Origin: Eledone cirrhosa
Taxonomy: Eukaryota
NCBI GenBank assembly: GCA_964016885.1
Contig: OZ024760.1
Location: 34,100,001 to 34,164,000 of the forward strand
DNA: 64,000 bases
Direction: 5' to 3'
The translations under genes and the position numbers were made by a program. Position 1 is the first letter of the stretch; each line of letters opens with the position of its first letter. The notes beneath the pieces were generated by a model that saw only the letters and a list, made by a program, of their open reading frames with translations, ran no database searches and was not told where the DNA came from. This document shows positions 1 to 13,800 of the stretch, piece by piece.

Positions 1-1875
1 TGGTGCCTTCTTAGAAACACCCTTACACAGGGACCCATCAGTCCAGCTGACAGACAGTGGTCACTTCTTAGACACACCCTTACACAGGGACCCATCAAAC
101 CAGCTGACAGACAGTGGTCCCTTCTTAGACACACCCTTACAGAGGGACCCATCAGACCAGCTGACAGACAGTGGTCCCTTCTTAGACACACCCTTACACA
201 GGGACCCATCAGACCAGCTGACAAACAGTGGTCCCTTCTTAGACACACCCTTACACAGGGACCCATCAGACCAGCTGACAGACAGTGGTCCCTTCTTAGA
301 CACACCCTTACACAGGGACCCATCAGACCAGCTGACAGACAGTGGTCCCTTCTTAGACACACCCTTACACAGGGACCCATCAAACCAGCTGACAGACAGT
401 GGTCCCTTCTTAGACTCACCCTTACACAGGGACCCATCAGTCCAGCTGACAGACAGTGGTCCCTTCTTAGACTCACCCTGACACAGGGACCCATCAGACC
501 AGCTGACAGACAGTGGACCCTTCTTAGACTCACCCTTACACAGGGACCCATCAGACCAGCTGACAGACAGTGGTCCCTTCTTAGACTCACACATACACAG
601 GGACCCATCAGCCCAGCTGACAGACAGTGGTCCCTTCTTAGACTCACCCTTACACAGGGACCCATCAGACCAGCTGACAGATAGTGGACCCTTCTTAGAC
701 ACACCCTTACATAGGGACCCATCAGACCAGCTGACAGACAGTGGTCCCTTCTTAGACACACCCTTACATAGGGACCCATCAGACCAGCTGACACACAGTG
801 GTCCCTTCTTAGACCCACCCTTACATAGCGACCCATCAGACCAGCTGACAGACAGTGGTCCCTTCTTAGACACACCCTTACACAGGGACCCATCAGACCA
901 GCTGACAGACAGTGGTCCCTTCTTAGACACATCCTTACACAGGGACCCATCAGACCAACTGACAGACAGTGGTCCCTTCATAGACACACCCTTACACAGG
1001 GACCATCAGACCAGCTGAGAGACAGTGGTCCCTTCTTAGACACACCATTTACAGAGGGACCCATCAGACCTACTGACAGACAGTGGTCCCTTCTGAGACA
1101 CACTCTTACACAGATACACATCAGACCAGCTGACACAGTGGTCCCTTCTTAGACACACACTTACACAGGGACCCATCAGACCAGCTGACAGACAGTGGTC
1201 CCTTCTAAGACACACCCTTACACAGGGACCCATCAGACCAGCTGACAGACAGTGGGCCCTTCTTAGACACACCCTTACATAGGGACCCATCAGACCAGCT
1301 GAGAAGACAGTGGTTCCTTCTTAGAAACACCCTTACACAGGGACACATCAGTCCATCTGACAGACAGTGGTCACTTCTTAGACACACCCTTACACAGGGA
1401 CCCATCAGACCAGCTGACAGACAGTGGGCCCTTCTTAGACACACCCTTACATAGGGACCCATCAGACCAGCTGAGAAGACAGTGGTTCCTTCTTAGAAAC
1501 ACCCTTACACAGGGACACATCAGTCCAGCTGACAGACAGTGGTCCCTTCTTAGACACACCCTTACAGAGGGACCCATCAGACCAGCTGACAGACAGTGGT
1601 CCCTTCTTAGACACACCCTTACACAGGGACCCATCAGACCAGCTGACAGACAGTGGTCCCTTCTTAGACACACCCTTACACAGGGACCCATCAGACCAGC
1701 TGACAGACAGTGGTCCCTTCTTAGACACACCCTTACACAGGGACCCATCAGACCAGCTGACAGACAGTGGTCCCTTCTTAGACACACCCTTACACAGGGA
1801 CCCATCAGACCAGCTGAAAGACAGTGGTCCCTTTTTAGACACACCCTTACATGGGGTCCCATCAGACTAGCTAAC
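1..1875. repeat. 57-bp tandem repeat array (~33 copies), runs off the window start
   Basis: Unit GGTCCCTTCTTAGACACACCCTTACACAGGGACCCATCAGACCAGCTGACAGACAGT, with an internal GGTCCCT/AGGGACC inverted repeat. It produces the 19-aa periodic pseudo-ORFs. Confidence 0.97.
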
Positions 1876-4800
1876 ATATCTTCTCACGTCTGTCATGTCT
1901 TACCATGTCTGTCATGTCTTCTCACGTCTGTCATGTCTTCTCACGTCTGTCAAGTCTTCTCACGTCTGTAACGTCTTCTCGTGTCTGTCATCTCTTCTCG
2001 TGTCTGTCATGTCTTCTCGTGCCAGTCATGTCTTCTCACGTCTGTCATGTCTTCTAATGTCTGTCATGTTTTCTCCCGTCTATCATATCTTCGCCCGGCT
2101 GTCATGTCTTCTCCAGTCTATCATGTCTTCTCGAGTCTGTCATGTCTTCTCACGTCTGTCATGTCTTCTCGTGTCTGTCATGTCTTCCCACGTCTGTCGT
2201 CTTCCCACGTCTGTCGTCTGCCCACGTCTGTCATCTCTTCTCGTGTCTGTCATGTCTTCTCGTGCCTGTCATGTCTTCTCACGTCTGTCATGTCTTCTAA
2301 TGTCTGTCATGTTTTCTCCCGTCTATCATATCTTCGCCCGGCTGTCATGTCTTCTCCCGTCTATCATGTCTTCTCGAGTCTGTCATGTCTTCTCACGTCT
2401 GTCATGTCTTCTCGTGTCTGTCATGTCTTCCCACGTCTGTCGTCTTCCCACGTCTGTCGTCTGCCCACGTCTGTCATCTCTTCTCGTGCCTGTCATGTTT
2501 TCTCGTGACTATCATGTCTTCTCGCGTCTGTCATGTCTTCTCGTGTCTGTCATGTCTTCTCGTGTCTGTCATGTCTTCTCACGTCTGTCATGTTTTCTCA
2601 CGTATGTCATGAATTCCCACGTCTGTTATGTCTTCTCACGTCTGTCATGTCTCCTCGCGTCTGTCATGTCTTCTCCTGTCTGTCATGTTTTCTCCTCTCT
2701 GTCACGTCTGTAATGTTTTCTCACGCCTGTCATGTCTTCTCGTGTCTGTCATGTCTTCTCACCTCTGTCATGTTTTCTCACGTCTGTCATGTCTTTTCCT
2801 GTCTCTCATGTCTTCGCACTCTGTTATGTCTTCTCACGTCTGTCATGTCATCTCATGTCTTCTGAGGTCTCTCATGTTTTCTCACGTCTGCCATGTCTTC
2901 TCACGTCTGTCATGTATTCTCTTGTCTGTCATGTCTTCTCACATATGTCATATCTTCTCACGTCTGTCATATCTTTTCACGTCTGTCATGTCTTCTCAGG
3001 TCTGTCCTGTCTTCTCACGTCTGTCATGTCTTCTCATGTCTCTCATGTCTTCTGAGGTCTCTCATGTTTTCTCGTGTCTGCCATGTCTTCTCACGTCTCT
3101 CATATTGTCTAACGTATGTCATGTCTTCTGAGGTCTCTCATGTTTTCTCACGTCTGCCATGTCTTCTCACATATGTCATATCTTCTCACTGCTGTCATAT
3201 CTTCCCACGTCTGTCATGTCCTCTCACGTCTGTCATGTCTTATCACGTCTGTCATGTCTTATCACGTCTGTCATGTCTTCACGTGTCTGTCATGTCTTCT
3301 CGTGTCTGTCATATCTTCTCGTGTCTGTCATGTATTCTCACGTCTATCATGTCTTCTCACGTGTGTCAAGTCATCTCACATCTTTCACGTCTTCTCGTGT
3401 CTGTCATGTCTTCTCGTTGCTGTCATGTCTTTTCGTGTCTGTCATGTCTTCTCACGTCTGTCATGTCTTCACACGACTATCATGTCTTCTGACGCCTGTC
3501 ATGTCTTCTCACCTCTCTCATGTATTCTCACCTCTGATATGTCTTCTCACGCCTGTCAACTCTTCTCGTGTATGTCATGTCTTCTCGTGTCTGTCATGTC
3601 TTCTCACGTCTGTCATATTTTCTCACGTCTCGCATGTCTTTTCGTGTCTCTCATGGCTTCTCATATCTGTCATGTCTTCTCACGTCTGTCATCTCTTCTC
3701 TTGTCTGTCATGTCTTCTCTTGTCTGTCATGTCTTCTCACTTCTGTCATGTATTCTCACGTCTGTCATGTCTTCTCACCTCTCTCATGTCTTCTCACGTC
3801 TGTCCTGTTTTCTCACATCTGTCATGTCTCATCACATCTGTCATCTCTTCTCACGTCTGTCATGTCTTCTTACGTCTGCCATGTTTTCACACGTCTCTCA
3901 TGTCTTCTCACGCCTGTCATGTCTTCTCACACCTGTCATGTCTTCTCACGCCTGTCATATCTTCTCGTGTATGTCATGTCTTCTCATGTCTTTCATGTCT
4001 TCTCACGTCTCTCATGTCTTCTCGCGTCTGTCATGTCTTCTCCCCGTATCTCATGTCTTCACACGTCTTTCATGTCTGCTCACGTCTCTGATATCTTCTC
4101 GTGTCTGTAATGTCTTGTCGTGGCTGTCATCTCTTCTCACGTCTGTCATGTATTCTCACGTCTGTCATGTCTTCTCACGTCTGTAATGTTTTCTAATGTC
4201 TGCCATGTCTTTTCGTGTCTGTCGTGTCTTCTCACGTCAGTCATGTCCTCTCACGTCTGTCATGTTTTCTCCCGTCCCTCATGTCTACTCACGTCTGTCA
4301 TATCTTCTCACGCCTGTCATGTCTTCTAGTGTCTGTCATGTCTTCTCACGTATGACACATCATCTCACGTCTGTCATGTCTTCTCGTGTCTGTCATGTCT
4401 TCTCACCTATGTCATGTTTTCTCACGTCTGTTATGTCTTTTCGTGTTTCTCATGTCTTCTCACGTCTGTTATGTCTTCTCACGTCTGTTATGCCATCTCA
4501 CGTCTCTCATGTTTTCTCACGTCTGTCATATCTTCTAACGTCTGTCATGTCTTCTCAGGTCTGTCATGTCTTCTCAGATCTGTCATGTCTTCGCACGTCT
4601 GTCATGTCTTCTCACTTCTGTCATGTCTTCTCACATTTGACATGTCTTCCCACGTCTGTAATGTCTTCTCGTTTCTGTCATGTCTTCTCGTGTCTGTCAT
4701 GTCTTCTCGTGTGTATCACGTCTTCTCACGACTGTCACGCCTTCTCGTGTCTGTCATGTCTTCTCAGGTCTGTCATGTCTTCTCACCTCTGTCATGACTT

Positions 4801-7800
4801 CTAGTGTCTGTCATGTTTTCTCGTGTCTGTCATGTCTTCCCAAGTCTGTCATGTCTTCTCCCGTCTGTCACGTCTTCTTATGTCTGTCATGTCTTCTCAC
4901 ATATGTGACATCTTCTCGTGCCTGCCATGTCTTCTCACGTCTGTCATGTCTTATCGTGTCTGTCATGTCTTCCCACGTCTGTCATATCTTATCGTATCTG
5001 TCATGTCTTCTCACGTCTGTCATGTTCCTTACATCTGTCACGTCTTCTCGTGTCTGTCATCTCTTCTCGCGTCTGTCATGTCTTCTCACGTCTGTCATGT
5101 CTTCACACGTCTGTCATGTCTTCTCGTGTCTGTTATGCCTTCTCACGTCTGTCATGTCTTCTCCCGTCTGTCATATCTTCTACCATCTGTCATGTCTTCT
5201 CGTGTCTGTCATGTCTTCTCACGTCTGTCATGTATTTTTATGTCTGTCATGCCCTCGCGTGTCTATCATGTCTTATCACGTCTGTCAAGTCTTTTCACGT
5301 CTGTCATGTCTTTTCACGTCTGTCATGTCTTCTTACGTATGTCAAGTCTTGCCACCTTTGTCATGTCTTCTCACGTCTGTCATGTCTTCTCGCGTCTGTC
5401 ATGTCTTCCCTCGTCTGTCATGTCTTCTCACATCTGTCATGTCTTCCCACGTTTTTCATGTCTTCTCACATCTGTCATGTCTTCCAACGTCTGTCATGTC
5501 GTCCCGTTTCTGCCATGTCATCTCGTGTCTGTCATGTCTTTTCGTATCTGTCATGTCTTCTCATGTCTACCATGTCTTCTCTTGTCTGTCATGTCTTCTC
5601 GTGTCTGTCATGTCTTCCCATATCTGTCATGTCTTCTCAGGTCTGTCAGGTCGTCTCACTTCTGTCATGTCTTCTAGTGTCTGTCATGTGTTCTCGTGTC
5701 TGTCATGTCTTCCCACGTCTGTCATGTCTTCTCACGTCTGTCATGTCTTCTTGTGTCTGTCATGTCTTCTCACGTCTGTCATGTCTTCTTACGTCTGTCA
5801 TGTCTGCTACTGTCTGTCATGTCTTCTCGTGTCTGTCATAACTTCTCGTGTCTGTCATGTCTTCTCACGTCTGTCAAGTCTTCTCACGTCTGTCACGTCT
5901 TCTCGTGCCTGTCATGTCTTCTCGTGTTTGTCATGTCTTCGCGCGTCTGTCATGTCTTCTCACGTCTGTCATGTCTTCTCACGTCTGTCATGTCTTCTCA
6001 CGTCTGTCATGTCTTCTCACGACTGTCATGTCTTCTCACCTCTGTCATGTCTTTTCGTGTCTGTCATGTCTCCTCACGTCTGTCATGTCTTCTCAAGTCT
6101 CTAATTTCTTCCCACGGCTGTCATGTCTTCTCACGTCTGTCATGTCTTTTTATGTCTGTCATGCCCTCTCGTGTCTATCATGTCTTCTCACATCTGTCAT
6201 GTCTTCCCACGTTTGTCATGTCTTGTCACATCTGTCATGTCTTCCAACGTCTGTCATGTCATCTCGTTTCTGCCATGTCATCTCGTGTCTGTCATGTCTT
6301 TTCGTATTTGTCATGTCTTCTCGTGTCTATCATGTCTTCTCACGTCTGTCATGTCTTCTCGTGTCTGTCATGTCTTCCCATATCTGTCATATCTTCTCAC
6401 GTCTGTCATGTCTTCTTATGTATGTCATGTCTTCTCACGTCTGTCATGTCTTCTAGTGTATGTCATGTGTTCTTGTGTCTGTCATGTCTTCCCACGTCTG
6501 TCATGTCTTCTCACGTCTGTCATGTCTTCTTATGTCTGTCATGTCTTCTCACGTCTGTCATGTCTTCTCACGTCTGTCATGTCTTCTTACGTCTGTCATG
6601 TCTGCTACTGTCTGTCATGTCTTCTCGTGTCTGTCAAAACTTCTCGTGTCTGTCATGTCTTCTCACGTCTGTCAAGTCTGCTCACGTCTGTCACGTGTTC
6701 TCGTGCCTGTCATGTCTTCTCGTGTTTGTCATGTCTTCGCGCGTCTGTCATGTCTTCTCACGTCTGTCATGTCTTCTCATGTCTGTCATGTCTTCTCCCG
6801 TGTGTCATGTCTTCTCACGACTGTCATGTCTTCTCACCTCTGTCATGTCTTCTCACGTATGTCATGTCTTCCCACGTCTGTCATGTATTTTCGTGACTCT
6901 CATGTCTTCTCACGTGTCTTATGTCTTCTCCCATCTCTCATGTCTTCTCACGTCTGTCATGTTTTCTCACGTCTGTCATGTATTTTCGTGACTCTCATGT
7001 CTTCTCACGTGTCTTATGTATTCTCCCATCTCTCATGTCTTCTCGTGTCTGTCATGTTTTCTCACGTCTGTCATGTCCTCTCACGCCTGTCATGTCTTCT
7101 CCTGTCTCTCATCTCTTATCACGTAAGTCATGTCTTCTCATGTCTGTCATGTCTTCTCGTGTCTGTCATGTCTGCTCGTGTCCCTGCATATCTTCTCGCG
7201 TCTGTCATGTCTTTTCACGTATTTCAAGTCATCTCACGTCTGTCACGTCTTCTCGTGTCTGTCATGTCTTCTCATGGCTGTCATGTCTTCTCGTTTCTGT
7301 CATGTCTTCTCCCGCCTGTCATGTCTTCTCACGCCTGTCATATCTTCTCGTGTATGTCATGTCTTGTTATGTCTGTCATGTCTTCTCGCGTCTGTCATGT
7401 CTTCTCGCGTCTGTCATGTCTTCTCGCGTCTGTCATGTCTTCTCACGTCTGTCAAGTCTTCTCACGCATGTCATGTTTTCTCCCGTCTGTTATGCCTTCA
7501 CAGGTCTTTCATGTCTGCTCACGTCTCTGATATATTCTCGTGTCTGTCATCTCATCTCACGTCTGTCATGTCTTCCCACATCTGTCATGTCTTCTCACGT
7601 CCGTCATGTCATCTGACGTCTGTCATGTCTTCTCGTTTATCTCAGGTCTGTAATGTCGTCACGTCTGTCATGTCTTCACACGTCTTTCATGTCTTCTCAC
7701 GTCTGTGATATCTTCTCGTGTCTGTCATGTCTTCTCACGTCTGTCATGTCTTCCCACGTCTGTCATATCTTCTCATGTCTGTCATATCTTTTCGTTTCTG

Positions 7801-10800
7801 TCATGTCTTCTCGTGTCTCTCATGTCTTCTAACGTCCGTCATGTCTTCCCACGTCTGTCATGTCTTCTTACATCTGTCATGTCTTCCCGTGTCTGTTATG
7901 TCTTCTCGTTTCTGTCATGTCTTCTCGTGTCTGTCATGTCTTCTCGTGTCTGTCATGTCTTCTCGTGTCTAACATGTCTTCTCACGTCTGTCATGTCTTT
8001 TAATGTCTGTCATGTCTTCTCCCGTCTGTCATGTATTCCCATCTCTGTCATGTCTTCTCAGGTCTGTTATATCTTCTACCATCTGTCATGTTTTCTCGTG
8101 TCTGTCATGTCTCCTCACGTCAATCATGTCTTCTCATATCTGTCATGTCTTCTCACGTCTGTCATGTCTTCTCACGTCTGTCATGTTTTCTCTTGTCTGT
8201 CATGACTTCTCGTGGCTGTCATGTCTTCTAATGTCTGTCATGTCTTCTCACGTATGTCATGTCTTGCCACGTCTGTCATGTCTTCTCACGTCTGTCATGT
8301 CTTCTCGTTTCTGTCATGTCTTCGCGTCTCTATCACGTCTTCGCGTGTCTGTCACGTCTTCTCGTGTCTGTTATGCCTTCTCACGTTTGTCATGTCTTCT
8401 CACGTCTTTCATGTCTTCTCGTGTCTGTCATGTCTTCTCTTCCCGTGTCTGTTATGTCTTCTCACGTCTGTCATGTCCTCTCACGTCTGTCATATTTTCC
8501 CCCGTCTCTCATTTCTTCTCACGTCTGTCATGTCTTCTCACGATTGTCATGTATTATCATGTATGTCATGTCTTCTCACGTCTGTTATGTCTTCTCACAT
8601 CTGTCATGTCTTCTCAAGTCTGTCATGCCTTCTCACGTCTGTCATGTTTTCTCGTGTCTGTCATGTCTTCTCGTGTCTGTCATGTTTTCTAACGTCTGTC
8701 ATGTCTTCTCACGTCTGTCATATTTCTGACGTCTGTCATGTCCTCTCACGTCGGTCATGTATTCTCCTGTCTATCATGTTTTATCACGTAGGTCATAACT
8801 TATCATGTCTTATCACGTAGGACATAACAGTCTCGAGAAGACGTAACAGACGTGAGAAGACTTGACAGATGTGAGTAGACATGACATACATGATAATACA
8901 TGACAGGCGTGAGAAGACATGACAGACGTGAGAAGAAATGAGAGACGGGAGAAAATATGACAGACGTGAGAGGACATGACAGACGTGAGAAGACATAACA
9001 GACACGGGAAGAGAAGACATGACAGACACGAGAAGACATGAAAGACGTGAGAAGACATGACAAACGTGAGAAGGCATAACAGACACGAGAAGACGAGACA
9101 GACACGCGAAGACGAGATAGAGACGCGAAGACATGACAGAAACGAGAAGACATGACAGACGTGAGAAGACATGACAGACGTGGCAAGAAATGAGAGCCGT
9201 GAGAAGACATGACAGACACAAGAAAACATGACAGACGTGAGAAGACATGACAGACGTGGGAAGACATGACACACACGAGAACACATGACAGAGGTGAGAA
9301 GACCTGACAGACCTGAGAAGACATGACAGGCATGGGAAGACATGACAGGCGGGAGAAGACATGACAGAGGTGAGAAGACATGACAGTCGTGAGGAGACAT
9401 GACAGAAGTGAGACGACATGACAGACAAGAGAAGACATGATAGACACGAGAAGACATGACAGAAACGAGAAGACATGAGAGAGGTGAGAAGACATGACAG
9501 ACGTGAGAATACATGTCAGAAGTGAGACGACATGACAGACAAGAGAAGACATACAGGCGTGAGAAGACATGAAATACGTTAGAAAACATGAGAAACGTGA
9601 GAAGACAAGACAAGACAGACATGAGAAGATATGAGAGACGTGAGAAGACATGACACACACGAGAACACATGACAGAGGTGAGAAGACCTGACAGACCTGA
9701 GAAGACATGACAGGCATGGGAAGACATGACAGGCGGGAGAAGACATGACAGAGGTGAGAAGACATGACAGTCGTCAGAAGACATGACAGAAGTGAGACGA
9801 CATGACAGACAAGAGAAGACATGATAGACACGAGAAGACATGACAGAAACGAGAAGACATGACAGACGTGAGAAGACATGACAGACGTGAGAAGACATGA
9901 GAGAGGTGAGAAGACATGACAGACGTGAGAATACATGTCAGAAGTGAGACGACATGACAGACAAGAGAAGACATACAGGCGTGAGAAGACATGAAATACG
10001 TTAGAAAACATGAGAAACGTGAGAAGACAAGACAAGACAGACATGAGAAGATATGAGAGACGTGAGAAGACATGACAGACGTGAGAAGACATGACAGAAG
10101 AAGATATGCCAGACATGAGGAGACATGACAGACACGAGAAGACATGACAGACGTAAGAATTCATGACCTACATGATAAGACATGATAGACAAGAGAATAC
10201 AGGACCGACGTGAGAGGACATGACAGACGTGAGAAACATGACAGACGTGAGAAGACATGACAAACGTTAGAAAACATAACAGACACGAGAAGACATGACA
10301 GACACGAGAAAACATGACAGACGTGAGAAGACATGACAGACTTGAGAAGACATGACAGATGTGGGAAGACATAACAGACGTGAGAAGACATGACATACAT
10401 GATAATATATGACACGCGTGAGAAGACATGACAGACGTGAGAAGAAATGAGAGACGGGAGAAAATATGACAGACGTGAGAGGACATGACAGACGTGGGAA
10501 GACATAACAGACACGGGAAGAGAAGACTTGAAAGACGTGAGAAGACATGACAGATGTGGGAAGACATGACAGACGTGAGAAGAGATGACAGACACGAGAA
10601 TATATCAGAGACGTGAGCAGACATGAAAGCATGAAAGACGTTTGAAGGCATAACAGACGGGAGAAGACATGACATGCGTGAGAAAACATAACAGACGTGA
10701 GAACACATGACATACGTGAGAATACATGACAGACGCGAGAAGACATGACAGACATAACAAGACGTGACATACACGAGAAGATATGACAGGCGTGAGAAAA

Positions 10801-13800
10801 CATGACAGGCGTGAGAAGACATGACAGACACGAGAAGACATGACAGACACGAGAAGACGTGACAGACGTGAGATGAATTGAAATACGTGAAAAGACATGA
10901 GAGACGCGAGAAGACATGACAGACGCGAGAAGACATGACAGACATGAGAAGACATGACTTACGTGATAAGAGATGAGAGACAGGAGAAGACATGACAGAC
11001 GTGAGAGGACATGACAGACGTGAGAAAACATGAGAGATGGGAGAAGACATAAGACACGTGAGAAGACATGAGAGTCACGAAAATACATGATAGGCGTGAG
11101 AAAACATGAGAGACGATAGAAGACATGACAGAGACGAGAAGACATGACAGACGTGAGAAGATATGAGAGACGTGAGAAGAATGAGAAGACATGACAGGCA
11201 TGAGAAGACATGTCATACGTGACAAGATATGAGAGACGGGAGAAAACATGACAGACGTGAGAGGACTTGACAGACGTGAGGAGACATAATAGACACGGGA
11301 AGACAAGACATGACTGACACGAGAAGACATGACAAACGTGAGAAGGCATAACGGACACGAGAATACATGATAGACACGAGAAGACATGACAGAAACGAGA
11401 AGACATGACAGACGTGAGAAACATGACAGACGTGGGAAGACATGACATACGTGAAAAGACATGACAGACGTGGGAAGACATGACATACGTGAGCAGACAT
11501 CACAGAGATGAGAAGACATGATAGACACGCGAAGATATGACAGAGACGAGAAAACATGACAGACGTGAGAAGACATGACAGATATGAGAAGACATGACAG
11601 ACGCGCGAAGACATGACAGACACCAGAAGACATAACAATCTCGAGAAGACGTAACATAGGTGAGAAGACTTGACAGATGTGGGAAGACATGACAGACGTC
11701 AGAAGACATGACTGACACGAGAAGATATGACAGTCATGAGAAGACATGACAGATACGAGAAGACATGACAGACGTGAGAAGACATGAGAGCCGTGAGAAG
11801 ACATGACAGACACAAGAAAACATGACAGACGTGAGAAGACATGACAGACGTGGGAAGACATGACAGACACGAGAACACATAACAGAGGTGAGAAGACCTG
11901 ACAGACCTGAGAAGACATGACAGGCATGGGAAGACATGACTGGCGGGAGAAGTCATGACAGAGGTGAGAAGACATGACAGTCGTGAGAAGACATGACAGA
12001 CGTGAGAAGACATGACAGACGTGAGAATACATGTCAGAAGTGAGACGACATGACAGGCGTGAGAAGACATGAAATATGTTAGAAAACATGAGAAACGTGA
12101 GAAGACAAGACAAGACAGACATGAGAAGATATGAGAGACGTGAGAAGACATGACAGACGTGAGAAGACATGACAGAAGAAGATATGCCAGACATTAGGAG
12201 ACAGGACAGACACGAGAAAACATGACAGACGTAAGAATTCATGACCAACGTGATAAGACATGATAGACAGGAGAATACATGACCGACGTGAGAGGATATG
12301 ACAGACGTCAGAAATATGACAGACGTGAGAAGACATGTCAGACGTTAGAAAACATGACAGACACGAGAAGACATGACAGACACGAGAAAACATGACAGAC
12401 GTGAGAAGACATGACAGACTTGAGAAGACATGACAGATGTGAGAAGACATAACAGACGTGAGAAACATGACAGACGTGGGAAGACATGACATACGTGAAA
12501 AGACATGACAGACGTGGGAAGACATGACATACGTGAGCAGACATGACAGAGATGAGAAGACATGATAGACACGCGAAGATATGACAGAGACGATAAAACA
12601 TGCCCTCTCGTGTCTATCATGTCTTATCACGTCTGTCAAGTCTTTTCACGTCTGTCATGTCTTTTCACGTCTGTCATGTCTTCTTACGTATGTCAAGTCT
12701 TCCCACCTCTGTCATGTCTTCTCACGTCTGTCATGTCTTCTCGCGTCTGTCATGTCTTCCCTCGTCTGTCATGTCTTCTCACATCTGTCATGTCTTCCCA
12801 CGTTTGTCATGTCTTCTCACATCTGTCATGTCTTCCAACGTCTGTCATATCGTCTTGTTTCTGCCATATCATCTCGTGTCTGTCATGTCTTTTCGTATCT
12901 GTCATGTCTTCTCGTGTCTATCATGTCTTCTCACGTCTGTCATATTTCTGACGTCTGTCATGTCCTCTCACGTCGGTCATGTATTCTCCTGTCTATCATG
13001 TTTTATCACGTAGGTCATAACTTATCATGTCTTATCACGTAGGATATAACAGTCTCCAGAAGACGTAACAGACGTGAGAAGACTTGACATATGTGAGTAG
13101 ACATGACATACATGATAATACATGACAGGCGTGAGAAGAAATGAGAGACGGGAGAAAATATGACAGACGTGAGAGGACATGACAGACGTGAGAAGACATA
13201 ACAGACACGGGAAGAGAAGACATGACAGACACGAGAAGACATGACAAACGTGAGAAGGCATAACAGACACGAGAAGACGAGACAGACACGCGAAGACGTG
13301 ATAGAGACGCGAAGACATGACAGAAACGAGAAGACATGACAGACGTGAGAAGACATGACAGACGTGGCAAGACATGAGAGCCGTGAGAAGACATGACAGA
13401 CACAAGAAAACATGACAGACGTGAGAAGACATGACAGACGTGGGAAGACATGACACACACGAGAACACATGACAGAGGTGAGAAGACCTGACAGACCTGA
13501 GAAGACATGACAGGCATGGGAAGACATGACAGGCGGGAGAAGACATGACAGAGGTGAGAAGACATGACAGTCGTGAGGAGACATGACAGAAGTGAGACGA
13601 CATGACAGACAAGAGAAGACATGATAGACACGAGAAGACATGACAGAAACGAGAAGACATGACAGGCGTGAGAAGACATGACAGACGTGAGAAGACATGA
13701 GAGAGGTGAGAAGACATGACAGACGTGAGAATACATGTCAGAAGTGAGACGACATGACAGACAAGAGAAGACATACAGGCGTGAGAAGACATGAAATACG

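Noticed and set aside
61-1877. 19-aa repeat protein, or a CRISPR-like array
   Set aside because: This is a pure tandem repeat with frameshifts and no unique spacers or cas genes. 57 = 3x19 and a shared TGACAGAC are too little to link it to the 19-mer.
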